From positions 282,123-346,122 of the forward strand of contig CAVTZY010000024.1 of NCBI GenBank assembly GCA_963739235.1: DNA of 64,000 nt. The letters are read 5' to 3'. A model generated the notes under the pieces. It saw nothing but the letters and a program-made list of their open reading frames with translations, ran no database searches and was not told the origin of the DNA. Of this stretch, positions 60,300 to 64,000 are shown piece after piece. Origin of the DNA: Terriglobia bacterium (GTDB taxonomy: Bacteria > Acidobacteriota > UBA6911). The translations under genes were made by a program, and so were the position numbers. Every line of letters starts with the position of its first letter. Within the stretch, counting starts at the first letter, position 1.

Positions 60300-60594
60300 G
60301 GAGACCGGAGGCTCGCAGGTTGTTCATGAAATCAACAATATCTTGGGTGGCTTCTTCTGTTGAAACCTCATATTCCCGGCAGACAGCAGCTGCGATCTCA
60401 GGAACGGGTTTTCCCGCGCGCATCATTTGCCAAATGTCCGCACCCGGCGCGTTCAAGGTGTAGATCGAATTCAAATCGCCCACACCACCCCTCACGGGCA
60501 CGATGATCGTTTCGCCGCCGATCTGTCGAGTTACGAAATCCTCTTTTGCTTCCATGTCTTTCATGGGAATACTCGTGTCCTTATCTTTCGGCAT
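60271..60594 (-). CDS. PqqD-family RiPP recognition element (second copy; partner of the radical SAM enzyme)
   Basis: ORF track 60271..60741; start chosen at MPKDKDTSI (ATG 60594); FVTRQIGGETIIVPVRGGVGDLNSIYTLNAPGADIWQMMRAGKPVPEIAAAVCREYEV is a typical PqqD fold sequence. Confidence 0.6.
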   Translation of the reverse strand: MPKDKDTSIPMKDMEAKEDFVTRQIGGETIIVPVRGGVGDLNSIYTLNAPGADIWQMMRAGKPVPEIAAAVCREYEVSTEEATQDIVDFMNNLRASGLHGSLPENGG

Positions 60595-61141
60595 GCTGCA
60601 GGCACCCGTTAGTAATTCGTCGAGGCGCGCAAGTGACCGCGCCAACGTCAGGCGCAGGTTTTTGGCCCGCCGCACCAGTAACTGCCGGAAAAAACTGCGT
60701 ATCCGACGGCTGGGGGCCCTGACGCAACTCATCTTTGCCAAAAAATCAGTTTAACATCTTATCTACGAAATGAATCACATCAGAACTCTTGGCCCGGCCA
60801 TTTCCCTGCGGCGTCCAGGATTTGTTGCACGCTGACACGTTGCTGTCGGCACCCCGAGTCATCGCAGAATTAGGATCCGTGAAATCGCCTGACGCTCCTG
60901 GTGGACGGGCGTGCCGCCCGCGCTACAAAAGTGAATCATGAAGTCGCATTCCAAGCCGCCGGCAGCGCGAAAAAGAGTCTAAACTCCCTAGGCAGTTCGC
61001 CGATGTAGATCATTGAGTGAATGAACGGCACTTATGTGCCTGCCCGTTTCCGCACCGGTTTGTGGAAAGCGTCACTTCCCTGAGGAGGGTGGCGGTTAAT
61101 GCGAAATTTCCAATGGCACAGATTAGCAAATTGAGCCTCAT

Positions 61142-61552
61142 ATGGAATCCCCCCCGGACAAATTGATCCGATGGAGTGAGGTTAGCTTTGTGGAGCCATA
61201 TTCTTGCCCGGCGCCTGGTTCCATATCTCAGGCATCGGGCCGTGAAAACGATCCGCAAATCAGCCTCATTGATTACTGGGCAATTCTGATCAAACGCCGC
61301 TGGATCCTTCTGACTGCTCTATTCACCGTATTAATGCTGACTGCCATCAACACCTGGAAACAAACGCCGATCTATCGGGCGAATCTGAAACTGCAGATCG
61401 ACATCGAGCAGACCAACATCCTGCCTTTCAAGGACTACGCATCGCCCGACTTCACCTACACCCCGACCGAAGAGTACCTGAAAACCCAGTTTGAAGCTTT
61501 GTCCAGCCGCACCCTGGCCACTCGGGTGATCCGCGTGCTGAAGCTCGAGTAA
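61142..61552 (+). pseudogene. N-terminal Wzz/chain-length-determinant segment of a Wzc/EpsB-like protein, separated from the rest by a stop/frameshift
   Basis: 136 aa with TM helix WILLTALFTVLMLTAINTW and Wzz-like NLKLQIDIEQ...; continues in a different frame at 61587. Confidence 0.5.
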
Positions 61553-61586
61553 CGATCCTCGGTTCGTAGGAGCCGACCAACCGGAT

Positions 61587-63521
61587 ATGATCGGCCATGT
61601 GATGCAGGCAGCGCGCGGGGCCTACCGCGTCTTGCGCCCGGCCAATAGTTTGCCTGCGATGGCGCCGAAAAGCGAAGAAAAGGATCAACTCATCTCACCT
61701 CTGGCTGCCGCTTTTGTTTCCAGCTTAGCCGTCACACCGATAAAAGATAGCCGTGTCGTGGTCGTGAGTTTTGATTCCCGGGATCCCACACTTGCCGCCC
61801 AGATCCTGAACACGCTGGCTGCCGAATACATTCAGATGAATTTTGAAACCAAGTATAAGGCCACAGTTACGGCATCTGAATTTCTCGAGAAACAGCTGGT
61901 CGATCTGCGGGCCCAGGTGCAAAAGTCTGAGGCACAATTAGTGAAATTCGGCCGGGCGCACAACATCTATGCCCTGGGCTCCAAAGAAAACATAATCATG
62001 CAAAAGCTCGCCGATCTTGATTCCGCGCTGACCAACGCACAGGCCGAGCGCATAGCAAAGGAGTCCGTTTGGAAAACCCTGGCCCAGGCAAGCCCTGGAG
62101 AGTTTCCGGATAGTTTGCGCAACGATGACATCAGAAAGCTGGAAGCAAACATCGGTCAACTTCAGCAGCAGCAGGCCCGGCTCAGGGCATTATTCAAAGC
62201 GGAATGGCCGGAATTGAAGCAGATCGCCAATCAGCTCGGCGTTGCGGAGCAACAACTCGCAGACGCCAAGGAAACTGCGATCAAAGAAGTAGCCGCGGCA
62301 TACGGCGCCGCCGAGGAAAAAGAAAAACTTCTCGAACATGCCGTCGCGGCGCAAAAGGTCGAGGCAGACACACTCAATAAGGACTTTATCCAATATAGCA
62401 TCCTCAAACGGGAAGTCGACAGCAGCAAGCAGGTCTTCGACGGCATGCTTCAACGGATGAAGGAGGCCGGCATCTCGGCGGGCTTGAAATCCAACAACAT
62501 CCATGTCGTCGACCCGGCGGAGCCTCCCCAGTCCGCCTATCTGCCTGACATTACCATGAATATGCTCAAGGCGTTGGCCGGGGGATTACTGCTCGGGATT
62601 GCTCTAGCCTTCCTCCAGGAACATATCTTTTCTCATTTGGACCGGAGCCTCAAGACCCCGGAGGACATCGATCGATACATCAAGTTGCCATTCCTGGGCT
62701 TGATACCGTCGGTTCAAACCCCCTCTCCTGTGCTGAGTCTGAAGCTCTCGAGGAAGAATGCGCAAATCCTCATGCCTGCCGACGGTCACAATGGTTCCAC
62801 TGGCTCAGCAGACAAGTCGATCGTGGAACTGATCGCACATTACGACTCGCAATCGCTGATATCGGAAGCCTATCGCGACCTCCGCACGTCGATTCTGCTA
62901 TCTGCGAGCACAGCTCGAAGCCCCAAAGCACTGCTGGTTACATCCAGCCTCAAGGGCGAAGGCAAGACTACCACCAGCATCAATCTGGCCATCACCCTGG
63001 CGCAAGCCAATGAAAAAGTCCTGTTAGTGGACTGCGACATGCGCAATCCCAGCATTCACAAAGTCTTCGGCCTGGAAAACGAAAATGGACTGAGCAGCTT
63101 CCTCTCCGGCACCTCGACAACTGACATGCCCTTGACTCAAACTACCCAGGTTCCCAACCTCTTCCTATTCCCTGCCGGGCAGATGCCGCCGAATCCGTCC
63201 GAACTGCTCGGGTCGGCAGGCATGAGGAAGTGCATTCTGGAGTTGTCGGAGCAATTTGACCATATCCTGATCGACTCGCCGCCTTTGCTTGCCGTAACCG
63301 ATGCGAGAATCCTGGCGACCATGGTGGATGGCGTGGTTCTTGTGATCAAAGGGGGTGAGACGACAAAGGAAGCGGTCATTCGTTCCCGGCGCTTATTGCA
63401 GGATGTACACGCACCTATTCTCGGAACCATGTTGAACAACGTGGATTTCCGTTCGTCCGATTCCTATTACTATGCCAAGAACTATTACCCTGTGGGTGAC
63501 TACTATGTCCGGCAATCATGA
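61587..63521 (+). CDS. Polysaccharide co-polymerase / tyrosine autokinase (Wzc/EpsB-like)
   Basis: 644 aa; periplasmic coiled-coil region, second TM, C-terminal BY-kinase Walker A SSLKGEGKTTTSINLA and Walker B-like VLLVDCDMR, ILIDSPPLLAVTDA. Confidence 0.75.
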   Translation: MIGHVMQAARGAYRVLRPANSLPAMAPKSEEKDQLISPLAAAFVSSLAVTPIKDSRVVVVSFDSRDPTLAAQILNTLAAEYIQMNFETKYKATVTASEFLEKQLVDLRAQVQKSEAQLVKFGRAHNIYALGSKENIIMQKLADLDSALTNAQAERIAKESVWKTLAQASPGEFPDSLRNDDIRKLEANIGQLQQQQARLRALFKAEWPELKQIANQLGVAEQQLADAKETAIKEVAAAYGAAEEKEKLLEHAVAAQKVEADTLNKDFIQYSILKREVDSSKQVFDGMLQRMKEAGISAGLKSNNIHVVDPAEPPQSAYLPDITMNMLKALAGGLLLGIALAFLQEHIFSHLDRSLKTPEDIDRYIKLPFLGLIPSVQTPSPVLSLKLSRKNAQILMPADGHNGSTGSADKSIVELIAHYDSQSLISEAYRDLRTSILLSASTARSPKALLVTSSLKGEGKTTTSINLAITLAQANEKVLLVDCDMRNPSIHKVFGLENENGLSSFLSGTSTTDMPLTQTTQVPNLFLFPAGQMPPNPSELLGSAGMRKCILELSEQFDHILIDSPPLLAVTDARILATMVDGVVLVIKGGETTKEAVIRSRRLLQDVHAPILGTMLNNVDFRSSDSYYYAKNYYPVGDYYVRQS

Positions 63522-63568
63522 TTCGTCAGAGGAAGTGCTCGTGGTTCATTGAGACCTGGAGGGCACAA

Positions 63569-64000
63569 ATGAAATGCGGGATGATCCTGCTTGCCATTCT
63601 GACTGATCTCGCGGTGTTTCCGTCAGGGGCGCAGCCACAGGCACTACAACAAGATCCCGCCGCGAATAGGGTCGTGGCGTCGGACCCCCTGGAGAAACAG
63701 CTTCAGGGTGAGATGGCGACCCATGCCAGCCAGGACTTTATTCTGGGCCCAGGAGATATCATCGAGGTCACAGTCATCGGGATTCCCGGGTTGGAGCGAC
63801 AGGAATTTACATTGGACGGGGAATGTAAGATATATCTGCCCTACGTAAACCAGGTCCGCTTGTACGGCATGACAGCTCATGACGCTCAGATCAAGATTGC
63901 CGCATTGTTCGAGGTGTCGCTCCTGCAGAATCCCCAGGTAACTGTAAGGGTGAAAGAATTCAAGAGCCAGTTTTGCTATGTACTCGGAGCCGTGCACAAC
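63569..64000 (+). CDS. Polysaccharide export protein (Wza/Poly_export family), 3'-partial at window end
   Basis: Manual translation from ATG 63569: MKCGMILLAILTDLAVFPSGAQP...ILGPGDIIEVTVIGIPGLERQEFTLDGECKIYLPYVNQVRLYGMTAHDAQIKIA... (Poly_export motif GPGD...V...), open to end of window. Confidence 0.7.
   Translation, partial: MKCGMILLAILTDLAVFPSGAQPQALQQDPAANRVVASDPLEKQLQGEMATHASQDFILGPGDIIEVTVIGIPGLERQEFTLDGECKIYLPYVNQVRLYGMTAHDAQIKIAALFEVSLLQNPQVTVRVKEFKSQFCYVLGAVHN

Noticed and set aside
46740-60741. Searched for an asparagine-synthetase-like lasso cyclase (C protein) to complete the lasso cluster
   Set aside because: No ORF of 60 aa or more in the window has the expected size (~550-650 aa) or SGGLDS-type motifs. 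Its absence is reported as a finding rather than a feature.
1-64000. CRISPR arrays and rRNA genes
   Set aside because: No regularly spaced short direct repeats and no rRNA-like conserved sequence were seen. The repeated elements present are long (55-390 bp) and irregularly spaced.

Overview
High-GC bacterial chromosome segment, Acidobacteria-like in composition, built around a tRNA-Ser(UGA) gene (12222..12311, minus strand) that appears to be a hotspot for serial island insertion.

On the 3' side of the tRNA (1..12.2 kb) lies a defense/mobile island: a DUF4365-like gene pair, a SWIM-finger protein, a short tyrosine recombinase, RadC, an XRE regulator, a BcgI-like Type IIB restriction-modification pair and a PUA/EVE-like domain fused to a nuclease-like domain.

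On the 5' side (12.3-34.4 kb) three copies of the tRNA 5' half, each fused to a conserved ~340-bp unit, delimit at least three accreted islands. Their cargo includes an M20 peptidase, integrase and excisionase remnants, a frameshifted transposase, a nitrosative-stress module (ric, hemerythrin, qNOR), Fic/Doc and HEPN-like genes, and an ECF sigma/anti-sigma pair next to a TonB_C/secretin_N-like protein.

Further along are two near-identical esterase genes (one frameshifted), a frameshifted M24 aminopeptidase, a 1074-aa secreted protein carrying an HKD motif, two VapBC pairs and a DUF4160/DUF2442 pair.

The most interesting feature is an apparently split and unusual RiPP system. A lasso-type B1 (PqqD) / B2 (transglutaminase-like protease) / ABC exporter / PF14907-like nucleotidyltransferase module (46.7-50.7 kb) has no lasso cyclase anywhere in the window. 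About 7 kb away sits a radical-SAM/SPASM maturase, a second PqqD, a 60-aa candidate precursor (YxxPxL leader, three Cys, C-terminal Ser) and an HPr-kinase-related kinase (57.7-60.6 kb).

The two halves are separated by a 12-kb segment bracketed by inverted copies of a ~259-bp MITE-like element. That segment also holds a VanZ gene and an internally deleted VanZ remnant, a VapBC pair and a 1480-aa C25-peptidase/dockerin protein.

The window ends with Wzc-like (split) and Wza-like polysaccharide export genes. Many genes (ric, esterase copy 1, pepP, transposase, Wzc, excisionase, integrase) carry frameshifts, nonsense codons or truncations, so either extensive pseudogenization or indel errors in the assembly should be considered. 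No CRISPR array or rRNA was seen.
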